From the NCBI RefSeq assembly GCF_964030745.1, contig NZ_OZ034918.1:780001-812000 (forward strand): 32,000 nt of DNA. The letters are read 5' to 3'. Shown here in pieces: positions 8,064-15,683 of the stretch (positions are counted from its first letter, which is position 1; each line of letters begins with the position of its first letter). The stretch comes from Candidatus Saccharimonadota bacterium. Lineage in GTDB: Bacteria; Bacteroidota; Bacteroidia; Cytophagales; Amoebophilaceae. The notes below the pieces were generated by a model. The model saw only the letters and a list, made by a program, of their open reading frames with translations, made no database searches and was not told the DNA's origin. The position numbers were made by a program, and so were the translations under genes.

Positions 8064-8513
8064 ATGGCTGATTTTAATTTAGTCCACTCGCATTCTTTTC
8101 AAGTAGAGGTATTGGGTGTAACAGATGGTAGTTCCCCTGAATATTTCTATAAGATAGAAGGGTTAAATAATTCTTTGAATATGGAGCCCTATCTGCCTGG
8201 AGGAGCTAATAGGCCCTATTATAGAGCCAATGCATGTGAGACTACTGATTTAATCTTGACTAGGCCATTAATAGAGGGTAAAACGAAAATGACCGTTTGG
8301 TGCGAGGAGGCCATTGATAAAGGCCTTTTTAAGCTTACACAAGCCCATATTTTGGTCCTTAACAAGGAAGGCAAGATTCTGGCACAGTGGAAGATAGAGG
8401 ATGTCTATCCAAAGGGCATAGCCATTACGCCATTCCAGTTAAATGGTCAAACAGATCTTGGAATAGGGGAAACCATTACGATTGGCTATTCTAGGCTTGT
8501 ACGGACAAAGTAA
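8064..8513 (+). CDS. CIS tail tube protein (T4 gp19 / Afp1-Afp5-like)
   Basis: HSFQVEVLGV...FYKIEGLNNSLNMEPYLPGGANRPYY....DLILTRPL...VWCEEA...ILVLNKEGKILAQWKIEDVYPKGIAITPFQLNG...IGETITIGY follows the conserved tail-tube pattern (F.V.I.G...F..vsGL....e..ey.eGG.n......g.....nl.L.R........W.....). Confidence 0.8.
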   Translation: MADFNLVHSHSFQVEVLGVTDGSSPEYFYKIEGLNNSLNMEPYLPGGANRPYYRANACETTDLILTRPLIEGKTKMTVWCEEAIDKGLFKLTQAHILVLNKEGKILAQWKIEDVYPKGIAITPFQLNGQTDLGIGETITIGYSRLVRTK

Positions 8514-8562
8514 TATCGATAATGCTTCATCTGCTTGGTCTACAAAATTAATTTTATTAATT

Positions 8563-8736
8563 ATGTCTGTTGTAATTAAAGAGCTGCTGATCCAGCTTAA
8601 AGTTTGTGAACCCAATAACCAAGTGGACAATGCTAAAAACTTGCCAAGTAATTTTGCAATGCACCCTACGGAGCAGCAAAAATTGGCGTTAGAACGAGAT
8701 TTTTTACGCCTATTGGAAGACCGGGAAGCAAGGTAA
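8563..8736 (+). CDS. Afp6/Pvc6-like mini-protein (DUF5908-like, 57 aa)
   Basis: The internal ATG at 8563 gives MSVVIKELLIQLKV..., resembling the M-x-I-E-I-K/R-E-L-x-I-K/R-x-x-V start of DUF5908 proteins. Those sit between the tube and tube-initiator genes in CIS loci. The longer ORF from 8482 would overlap the tube gene. Confidence 0.5.
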   Translation: MSVVIKELLIQLKVCEPNNQVDNAKNLPSNFAMHPTEQQKLALERDFLRLLEDREAR

Positions 8737-8757
8737 AATAAACTTCTTTCTATAGTT

Positions 8758-10119
8758 ATGAGTAAAGTTAGTAAACTAGTTATTAAAGCATGTAGTGACA
8801 ATAAATTTTCCTCTTTTACAGGGGAATTTATTACATCTATTAATCCAGAAAATTTAGCGATTAAAAGTGCAGTGTCCTACCATGTGCCTGAAGGAATGTC
8901 GGGTGCTAACTTGCTTAAATACCGTGGTTCTCCTCCAAAACTACTCTCCTTTAGTCTGTTGTTTGATAATACAGGGATTATGCCTGGTAGCAATGCCATT
9001 GCTGTAATGGAACAGGTCAAGCAGTTACAAGATGTTGCCTATAGTGTCCATAAAAAGAATAATGCCCCTAATTACATTCGTGTGATTTGGGGGCAGATTG
9101 ATTTTAAAGGCAGGTTGGTAGCGCTAGACATCGTTTATTCTATGTTTCAAGTAGATGGTACACTGGTTAGAGCAGAGGCGCATATATCTGTATTAGAGGA
9201 GCTGGTTCCTTTAGGTAAGGGAAAAGCTGCTGCAGGTGTAGACAGTAACTATACCAAGCCATCTGGTGCCAATGCAACTGCAAGTCGTAAGGTGGCTGCT
9301 AGTCAAGCTACATCTAACCAGGAGGCTTTTGCCCCAACGCCTAATGGTATGAGTGGCGCCTATAGCGGTGCACCACCTGGTGCCTACGATGGAGGTCCTG
9401 ATGCCATCTATCATGGGTCGAATGGCACTGGGGGAGCGGTTTATAGTGCCAGCACGGGTGCTACACCTTCTGGTGGAGGTCTCTCCACTGTTGGCGCGGC
9501 TCCTTCGAGCAATTATGATGCTGGTTATGACGCTGGTACTGGTCGTTCTGCTAGTTATAGTGCTAACCCTGGTGCTGGTCCTTCTGGTAATAGCTTAAAA
9601 GGCGGTGTTGCGGGTAATGGACCTGGTGGCAGTGGGGGGGGCGTTGGGGGAGGAGGTCATGGGCCGGCTCTAGGGGCAAGTCAATCTGGAAGTGCTGCAA
9701 GTGGTGGATCACTAACTAGTGGTTCAGGGCAGTCTGGTCGGACTACTCCTCCTGCAGAAGTAGGTGGCCATTCCAGTAAAGCTGGCACAAGTGGTAGTAG
9801 TCATGGCGTGGGCAGTGGTGCGGCTGGATCTACAAAAAATAATGTGGCTGCTGGATCAGTGAGTGGTGGAGCTGGAGGGAAAGGTAGTGGTTTGAAAGCG
9901 GGTAGCATTGCAGCCGCTGGTGTAGCGGGTAGTGCTGCTGCAGCTGCAGCAGCTGCAAATGGAGCAGATAGTTTGCGTAAACTAAAGGCAAATGTTAATC
10001 TTATGCAGACAATGAAAAATAAAGTCAGTTTCTGGAGAAGGCTCAAAAATTTTGCTAAAAAAACATGCCCTAAGGCATATGATGCTGGAAAAAAAGTAGT
10101 AAAATCAAGCGGTTTTTAA
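8758..10119 (+). CDS. Afp7-like CIS tube-initiator N-terminal domain fused to a ~250-aa Gly/Ser/Ala low-complexity region and a basic C-terminal tail
   Basis: Residues 1-150 (KLVIKA...F.GEFITSINPENLAIKSAVSY...LLKYRGSPPKLLSFSLLFDNTG......VMEQVKQLQDVAY...NAPNYIRVIWGQIDFKGRLVALDIVYSMFQVDGTLVRAEAHISVLEE) fit the conserved tube-initiator pattern (NPe.l.......y......f.g..p..l...l.fD.......v...v..L........pp.v.f.WG...f.g.l.sl...y..F...G.P.RA.v...l.E). Confidence 0.7.
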   Translation: MSKVSKLVIKACSDNKFSSFTGEFITSINPENLAIKSAVSYHVPEGMSGANLLKYRGSPPKLLSFSLLFDNTGIMPGSNAIAVMEQVKQLQDVAYSVHKKNNAPNYIRVIWGQIDFKGRLVALDIVYSMFQVDGTLVRAEAHISVLEELVPLGKGKAAAGVDSNYTKPSGANATASRKVAASQATSNQEAFAPTPNGMSGAYSGAPPGAYDGGPDAIYHGSNGTGGAVYSASTGATPSGGGLSTVGAAPSSNYDAGYDAGTGRSASYSANPGAGPSGNSLKGGVAGNGPGGSGGGVGGGGHGPALGASQSGSAASGGSLTSGSGQSGRTTPPAEVGGHSSKAGTSGSSHGVGSGAAGSTKNNVAAGSVSGGAGGKGSGLKAGSIAAAGVAGSAAAAAAAANGADSLRKLKANVNLMQTMKNKVSFWRRLKNFAKKTCPKAYDAGKKVVKSSGF

Positions 10120-10129
10120 AGCAAGAGTA

Positions 10130-10147
10130 GGGGAAAGTATTTTCCCT
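10130..10147 (+). terminator. Weak hairpin plus T-rich tract at the end of the CIS operon
   Basis: GGGAAA (10131-10136), loop GTAT, TTTCCC (10141-10146), then TATTTCATTTTCTC. Confidence 0.3.
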
Positions 10148-10276
10148 ATTTCATTTTCTCTTGTTTAATAACAATCTCTCGATATCCAAATATCTTTCAA
10201 TTAATTTACCTACATTTCAAGGTATCCATTCGTTACTATGGGTATTGTTTTTCTCAAAAAGCAGTATGTGTTCAAC

Positions 10277-10298
10277 CAATGGCGTCAACTTAAGGAAT
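10277..10298. repeat. 22-bp perfect inverted-repeat arm (partner at 3176-3197)
   Basis: CAATGGCGTCAACTTAAGGAAT is the exact reverse complement of 3176-3197. Confidence 0.8.
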
Positions 10299-10360
10299 TT
10301 GTCTTATTTTTTACTCAGCACTGTGGTTGAAAACGCATTTCTTCTAGTTTTTTAAAGAAC

Positions 10361-10432
10361 TTCATTACACGCCTGTAGCTGGGCCCCTTATCTCCTTCGA
10401 TAAAAAGTCTGTCCCGATAGTAAATAGCTGAA
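10361..10432 (+). repeat. Partial (left-end) copy of MITE-like family 1
   Basis: TTCATTACACGCCTGTAGCTGGGCCCCTTATCTCCTTCGATAAAAAGTCTGTCCCGATAGTAAATAGCTGAA matches the left ends at 10521-10592 and 14178-14246. Confidence 0.7.
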
Positions 10433-10520
10433 CAATAGATTGTTTCATTGCCTTTACTGCGCGCCAAATCTTTTATCGGTGGCCATAAGTGCTGCGTATA
10501 CCAATGCTCCATGTAAAAAA

Positions 10521-11137
10521 GTATCCATTCACGCCTCTGGCTGGCCGCCTTATCTCCTTCGATAAAAAGTCTGGCCCGATAGTAAATAGCTGAATCGATA
10601 CATTTTTCAGCGGGAAAATCGTGAACTCAGCCCGCAAGCGGGCTTCAAACAGACGATTTTCTAATCCGCTGAAAAAGATATCGCTCAGGTGTTAGTGTTT
10701 TACTAGAGCGCCATTTTTTTATCGAAGGAGACGCGGGGGCTGGTAATGGACTAGCCACTTGTTTTTTCAGCCAAACGTAGCGTATGCGTTTAACGCTATG
10801 TCCATAGTAGAAAAATGCCCCTGTAAAAAGTGGGGAAATAGGCCTCATCCCTTGCAGATGATTAGGAAAAACAGATTCCTTTGAAGCCCGCGCAGCGGGC
10901 GACTTCTGTTTTTCCATCTGTAAGGGGTGAGGTCCCCCAACTTTTTACCGAGGGCTTGATTTTTTGTCCACTTTTTTATCAAGAAAAAAGTGGAATACAA
11001 TTCATTATTAACCAGTGACGTGAATAGATACAAAAAAGGTCTCCCACTTTTTACCGAGGGCTTGATTTTTTGCCCACTTTTTTATCAAGGAAAAAGTGGA
11101 ATACAATTCATTATTAACCAGTGATGTGAATAGATGC
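10521..11137 (+). repeat. MITE-like family 1, copy A: full element with a nested 116-bp palindromic module (10822-10937) and a tandemly duplicated right-end unit (10938-11031, 11041-11137)
   Basis: Terminal inverted repeats GTATCCATTCA (10521) and TGAATAGATAC (11021-11031). Internal long hairpins are centred on CAGCCCGCAAGCGGGCT (10628-10644) and GCCCGCGCAGCGGGC (about 10887-10901). Internal arms GGGCCCCTTATCTCCTTCGAT and ATCGAAGGAGACGCGGGG are mutually complementary. Related copies lie at 14178-16105 and 24535-24783. Confidence 0.75.
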
Positions 11138-11168
11138 GTTAAATTTCCTTGGTTATCAATAATAAAAA

Positions 11169-11945
11169 CTACAATGGAAGCTGGTTGAGCGTTGGCTCAA
11201 AGATTGTTTCAGCATTTTGTGTGGTGATGGATGCCACTTCTGCTAAGGTTACTCCTTTTATTGCTGCAACTGTTTCTGCTGTATAACGTAGGTAGCTTGG
11301 CTCGTTGGGTTTTCCCCGAAAAGGTACTGGCGTTAAATACGGACTGTCTGTTTCTAAGACCAAATGTTTGAGATCTATAGCGGCTACTGTTTCGGCTAAC
11401 CCATTTTTAGGTATCGTAATAATCCCACCAATCCCTAGCAAAAAACCCAGTGCTATACATTTTTTTGCTTCTTGTAAGCTGCCTGTGAAGCAGTGAATCA
11501 CTCCTCTTAGACTACCGTCCTGTTCTTTTTCCAATACTTCAATAACTTCCCTAAAAGCATTTCTGCAATGAATGGATAGAGGCAGATGGTGGCGCTTGGC
11601 TAAATCAAGTTGAATCTTAAATGCTTCCTGTTGTGCTGCAAATAAAGTAGTATCATGATATAGGTCTATACCAATTTCACCCACTGCTATAAACGCAGCT
11701 TTGTCAAGCCATTGTTCTACTAAGTATAACTGTTTGGAAAAGTTTTGTTTGATGTGGCAAGGGTGGATGCCCATCATGGGTAGGCAAGAAGGGTATCTTC
11801 CTGCTACTTCCATCAGCCCTCCGATGGTTTCTTCATCTATATTGGGCATATAGATTTTTTTGATATGATGTTTTTGTGCGTTTTCTAAAACCAGTGGTAA
11901 TGTAAGGTCATATACATGTGCATGGGTGTCAATAAATTGCATCAT
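11169..11945 (-). CDS. TatD-family metal-dependent hydrolase (DNase)
   Basis: FIDTHAHV at the N-terminus, plus GEIGIDLY, SIHCRNA, VIHCFTGS and LVLETDSPYL, the conserved TatD metal-binding blocks. Confidence 0.85.
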   Translation of the reverse strand: MMQFIDTHAHVYDLTLPLVLENAQKHHIKKIYMPNIDEETIGGLMEVAGRYPSCLPMMGIHPCHIKQNFSKQLYLVEQWLDKAAFIAVGEIGIDLYHDTTLFAAQQEAFKIQLDLAKRHHLPLSIHCRNAFREVIEVLEKEQDGSLRGVIHCFTGSLQEAKKCIALGFLLGIGGIITIPKNGLAETVAAIDLKHLVLETDSPYLTPVPFRGKPNEPSYLRYTAETVAAIKGVTLAEVASITTQNAETIFEPTLNQLPL

Positions 11946-11954
11946 CCTAAATGG

Positions 11955-12488
11955 TTAGTTATTGTTTATTAGTGCTCCCCTGATTCCTAACTCTATAACC
12001 TCTATATTGCTAATCTTTTTGTTGTCTATTTCAAAACGCAATAAGGTACGCATATAATGAGAACCATGGCGTCCAGCGGCACCAGGGTTAAGGTAAAGCA
12101 GAGGAGGTCGTTTTATATCATACATTACCCGCAAGATATGTGAGTGGCCACCCACCAAAATATCAGGTTGTGCTTTGCTCAACTTGGCACGTACCTGTGG
12201 AGTGTATAAAGGCGGATAACCAGTTATATGTATGAGCCATATATGCACTTGTTCACATTTGAATTCTTGAAACTCAGGGTATTTTTGTCTTATTGTACAG
12301 TCATCAATATTGCCATATACTGCTCTAAAATGGTTGAAACGATCAAATGCGGTGAGCAATTCAGGGTCACCAATGTCTCCTGCATGCCATACCTCGTCAC
12401 ATTTTTCAAAGTGATCAAAAATTTTAGGATCCAACCACCCATGGGTATCTGCAAGCAAACCAATTTTCATCTTTTTATCTTGTGCCAA
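11955..12488 (-). CDS. Metallophosphoesterase, YfcE/MJ0936 family
   Basis: Motifs LLADTHG, WHAGDIG, YGNIDD and VGGHSH in the canonical calcineurin-like phosphoesterase order. Size 177 aa. Confidence 0.8.
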   Translation of the reverse strand: MAQDKKMKIGLLADTHGWLDPKIFDHFEKCDEVWHAGDIGDPELLTAFDRFNHFRAVYGNIDDCTIRQKYPEFQEFKCEQVHIWLIHITGYPPLYTPQVRAKLSKAQPDILVGGHSHILRVMYDIKRPPLLYLNPGAAGRHGSHYMRTLLRFEIDNKKISNIEVIELGIRGALINNN

Positions 12489-12561
12489 CTGTTTAACGTA
12501 AACTTATCTATCACTATATAAAAATAAGATACAAAATAATTGCCCAAAGCAATGGCCTGCT

Positions 12562-13098
12562 TTATTGCATGTGCTCTAATGTGAGCAATCTTTTTTTAAC
12601 ATCTAGTCCTGCAGCATATCCCCCTAGCGACCCATCACTTCTAATTACCCTATGACAAGGAAGTATAATAGACAAAGGATTTTTACCGATAGCTGAAGCT
12701 ACTGCTCTGATTGCATTTGGATAAGCTGCTAAAGAGGAAAATGTTTTATAGGTTAATGTCTTTCCATAGGGGATTGCAGCCAATCTTTTCCATACATTTA
12801 TTTGAAAATCGCTCCCATATAACTTATAATCAATATGAAACGAAATCCTTTCTAAGGTGAAATAGCCATCCAGTTGTATCTTTGTGTTGGTAAAGACGGC
12901 TATATGTTCATTATATTGCCAATAGCGTTGTATAACAGGAAAATGCTTTTGTCCTTCGATATAAAGCCCAATTAGCTTACCATTGCTAGCTATTAATAAT
13001 AGCTTACCGATTTGAGTTATTATATAGGTATAGTAGATTATGGGGCTATCTGTTGTGCTTGCACATGGTTGGATCGATTTTGAAGACATAGTTTTCAT
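12562..13098 (-). CDS. ogt: Methylated-DNA--protein-cysteine S-methyltransferase
   Basis: IPYGKTLTYKTFS...AIRAVASAIGKNPLSIILPCHRVIRSDGSLGGYAAG contains the PCHRV active-site motif. Confidence 0.88.
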   Translation of the reverse strand: MKTMSSKSIQPCASTTDSPIIYYTYIITQIGKLLLIASNGKLIGLYIEGQKHFPVIQRYWQYNEHIAVFTNTKIQLDGYFTLERISFHIDYKLYGSDFQINVWKRLAAIPYGKTLTYKTFSSLAAYPNAIRAVASAIGKNPLSIILPCHRVIRSDGSLGGYAAGLDVKKRLLTLEHMQ

Positions 13099-13177
13099 AG
13101 GCTGTGTCCTGAATGTTGTTTATCCGTAAGTTATCATTTTTAGAAGTCTTCCTCAATAAATTTAAATATTGACCATT

Positions 13178-14152
13178 ATGCCTAGATGCTTCATATTAAC
13201 TATTTTCTTTTTGCTATCTAACTTTTCAAGTGTAGAATTTGAAAAAAATAATTTGAAGTTTATTGAATTATTGAAGAACATACCCATTACAATCGTTGCG
13301 CCTGCTTCAGGCCTCAATAAAGGTGAGTTAACTGTTTTGAAAAGTATTGCTTCATTCAAATTACATATACCAAAGGGGTGCTTTGATGGAAGGCATTCTC
13401 CTTTTCATTCTAATAGTGATGCAGGAAGATTTAAATACTTAAAGGATGCATTGTTTGATGATCCCAATCATGTAATATGGACATTGCGTGGAGGATATGG
13501 CTCTGCTAAGCTTATACCTGCTTTACAGAAATTAACAATACCTACTAGAAAGAAATTTTTTATAGGATATAGTGATATAACTGCGCTCCATATTTTCCTG
13601 ACCCAAGAATGGGGCTGGAAAACCATTCATGGCAGTGGCATGATTGAAATGCTTAGAAGTGATAAAAATCGTGCTAATTTCACAAAGATAGCTGAGATTA
13701 TTTCCGGAAAAGTCAAACAGGTTACTGTTAGTCAACTAGCTGCAATGAATTCGGCAGCTCGGTCCAATAGTCCCCTGAACGGCAAACTTACAGGTGGTAA
13801 TATAACAGTGCTCCAAACAGGCATTGGTACAAGTTGGCAAATACAAACAGCCGGTAAAATTCTTTTTTTAGAAGATACGCAAATAAAACCTTATCAATTG
13901 GATCGCACGTTACTCCATTTTGAGCAAGCTGGTTTATTAAAAGATGTAAAGGCTATAGTATTTGGTAGTTGCGGGTCTGATCATAAGGATATGATGATAA
14001 TGCTTAATCAATTTGCATCTACTTTGTCTATTCCAGTGTTTAAAACGAATAGATTTGGACATGGAAGCATTAATGATCCAATTATTTATAATACCATTAG
14101 TCAGATTGTTCCTGTTAATGATGGTAGCTTTCAGCTAATCATGAAGGTATAA
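13178..14152 (+). CDS. ldcA: LD-carboxypeptidase (peptidase S66, muramoyltetrapeptide carboxypeptidase-like)
   Basis: VAPASG, LRGGYGSAKL, FIGYSDITALH (nucleophile Ser block), LFLEDT and a C-terminal FGHG. The N-terminal hydrophobic segment suggests export. The ORF track starts at TTG 13169; ATG 13178 was chosen. Confidence 0.8.
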   Translation: MPRCFILTIFFLLSNFSSVEFEKNNLKFIELLKNIPITIVAPASGLNKGELTVLKSIASFKLHIPKGCFDGRHSPFHSNSDAGRFKYLKDALFDDPNHVIWTLRGGYGSAKLIPALQKLTIPTRKKFFIGYSDITALHIFLTQEWGWKTIHGSGMIEMLRSDKNRANFTKIAEIISGKVKQVTVSQLAAMNSAARSNSPLNGKLTGGNITVLQTGIGTSWQIQTAGKILFLEDTQIKPYQLDRTLLHFEQAGLLKDVKAIVFGSCGSDHKDMMIMLNQFASTLSIPVFKTNRFGHGSINDPIIYNTISQIVPVNDGSFQLIMKV

Positions 14153-14403
14153 ATTTTCTTAATGCGACAAAGGGCTTGTATCTATTCATGCTTGTAGCTG
14201 GGCCCCTTATCTCCTTCGATAAAAAGTCTGGCCCGATAGTAAATAGTCGGCCCTGAAGTATTCATACTTCAAGTTATTTATTAAAAAAATAATCACCTGC
14301 CCCATTTCAATTTTTTCATGTTCTGTATCTATTCTAATCCTGGTATCTGTATACGTTAGTTCAGGATAAAGCATCTTAGTGCTATAGGTTTTATTTTACC
14401 TGA

Positions 14404-15249
14404 TTAGGTGGGTATTAGGAATGTTTTTCTTGTAATAAGGCGTAGATTATGGCTAATAGCACATAGAATAGCATTGAGTTTGTCTCCCAATATTCCTTTC
14501 AAGTAGTTAACCGCTAATTTACCATCAGATTTCATATGACCAATATGTGGTTCAATAGCAGATCTTCTTTTTAGTGCTTTTTTGAGACTAGGCGTTATAC
14601 CTCTTTTAGAGCCGCTTATAAATATATTACATTGACTATTAGGTATATTATGACCTCTGTAACCCCTGTCTACGAAGACGTGTTTTACCTGAGTACCAGA
14701 TAGTTTTTCTGCTTGTAATAAACTTCTATGCAAGGTATGTCCATCATATTCATTAGGATGTAAAGCTTCCGTTGATACAATCAAGCCTTGTTTATGGGTG
14801 AGCGTAAATTGCACCTTACAACCATACTCATAGGGATTTAAAGCCTTACCTTTACTTACGCAGTAAACAGCAGGTTCATGGATACTATAGACTTTATTTT
14901 TACTTTTTTTTGATTGGTTAATAATCCTTTTACTTATAGAAAGCAGATGTCTAAACTGGGTGCGTATTGCTTCATCACACGATTGTATAGAGCGTTCTAC
15001 ATCTCTTACCACCCGACCAAGATAGTTTTTTAATGTTTTAACGCCTTTGGCTAAACGTTTAAACTGTTTAGCATGTGCATAGCCATCTACTTTACGTTTG
15101 ATAGCTGGCCCTAGACGTTGGTAGGTTTGACGGAGTTTAACGCCTGTTTTCTTAGCTATAGCCACTAGTTTTTGTCTAGCCTTATTAAGCAACGAAGAAT
15201 CAGTTGGATAGCGAATATTTTTCTCCATTACAGTAGTGTCGGATATCAC
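14404..15249 (-). CDS. IS5-family transposase, DDE catalytic part, orfB (-1 frame relative to orfA; frame open from 15282)
   Basis: DTTVMEKNIRYPTDSSLL (first D), VFVDRGYRGHN (second D) and RRSAIEPHIGHMK (E-x6-K of the YREK signature). Confidence 0.8.
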   Translation of the reverse strand: MISDTTVMEKNIRYPTDSSLLNKARQKLVAIAKKTGVKLRQTYQRLGPAIKRKVDGYAHAKQFKRLAKGVKTLKNYLGRVVRDVERSIQSCDEAIRTQFRHLLSISKRIINQSKKSKNKVYSIHEPAVYCVSKGKALNPYEYGCKVQFTLTHKQGLIVSTEALHPNEYDGHTLHRSLLQAEKLSGTQVKHVFVDRGYRGHNIPNSQCNIFISGSKRGITPSLKKALKRRSAIEPHIGHMKSDGKLAVNYLKGILGDKLNAILCAISHNLRLITRKTFLIPT

Positions 15250-15272
15250 TTTTTCAAGTTCTTTTGGGCAGA

Positions 15273-15683
15273 CTACTTTTTTTTAATGGCTAATTGTATA
15301 GTCATCGATAAGATCTTATTAAGACCTTCTGCTCCCAATCTTTGACGCCAACGAGTTAATGAACTAGGGTGACAAGCTGCCTTAATCTGAAAATAATCAT
15401 AGCCACAAAGGTATTGCCAATAAGGATTTTCTACCCATCTAGCAACTACTTGCTCATCAGAAACTTGGTACATATGACTGATAATGAGTAGGCCTACAAT
15501 CAAACGAATAGGTAAAGGAGGTTGACCGGGTCCATAGCTAAAGCTGCGGTCTAAATCTGATTCTAAGGATTGCCAAGGAATGGAATCAGCTAACTGAAAT
15601 AAGGCGTGTTGGGGATTAAGAATCCCAGATAAGCGTTGCTCAAAAAGCCTACCACAAGAATGATTTATCCTCTTAGATTTCAT
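15273..15683 (-). CDS. IS5-family transposase, N-terminal part (InsH N-terminal/DUF772-like), orfA
   Basis: LFEQRLSGILNPQHALFQLADSIPW...PGQPPLPIRLIVGLLIISHMYQVSDEQVVARWVENPYWQYLCGYDYFQ is the typical IS5-family N-terminal domain. It ends in ...AIKKK-stop inside an A8 run. Confidence 0.8.
   Translation of the reverse strand: MKSKRINHSCGRLFEQRLSGILNPQHALFQLADSIPWQSLESDLDRSFSYGPGQPPLPIRLIVGLLIISHMYQVSDEQVVARWVENPYWQYLCGYDYFQIKAACHPSSLTRWRQRLGAEGLNKILSMTIQLAIKKK
15277..15284 (-). other. A_AAA_AAG slippery site linking transposase orfA and orfB (-1 frameshift site or homopolymer indel)
   Basis: Minus strand reads GCC ATT AAA AAA AAG TAG. A -1 slip on A_AAA_AAG continues as GTA GTC TGC CCA..., giving ...AIKKKVVCPKELEKVISDTTVMEKNIRYPTD. 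Confidence 0.6.

Noticed and set aside
8482-8562. N-terminal extension of the 84-aa ORF overlapping the 3' end of the tube gene
   Set aside because: The internal ATG 8563 removes the overlap and yields the MSVVIKELLIQLKV start, typical of the small Afp6/DUF5908-like proteins.
9211-10046. ORFs 9211-9414 (minus), 9353-9598 (plus) and 9801-10046 (minus) inside the Gly/Ser/Ala tract
   Set aside because: These frames are open only because of the GC-rich low-complexity sequence of the Afp7-like gene.
10161-10512. ORFs 10161-10355 (plus) and 10315-10512 (minus) downstream of the CIS operon
   Set aside because: They overlap the 22-bp inverted-repeat arm and the partial MITE copy, and part of their translation is repeat-derived. 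They might be remnants of a decayed gene, but there is no support for a functional CDS.
10645-11033. Small ORFs MEKQKSPAARASKESVFPNHLQG... (10645-10917, 10845-11033) recurring at 24485-24797
   Set aside because: They are translations of the palindromic MITE modules and read through perfect hairpins. Their recurrence reflects DNA repeat copies, not a conserved protein.
10938-11137. Tandem ~95-bp direct repeats as a possible CRISPR array
   Set aside because: There are only two units, they are directly adjacent with a 9-nt gap and no unique spacers, and each unit is the right end of the MITE family. No cas genes are present.
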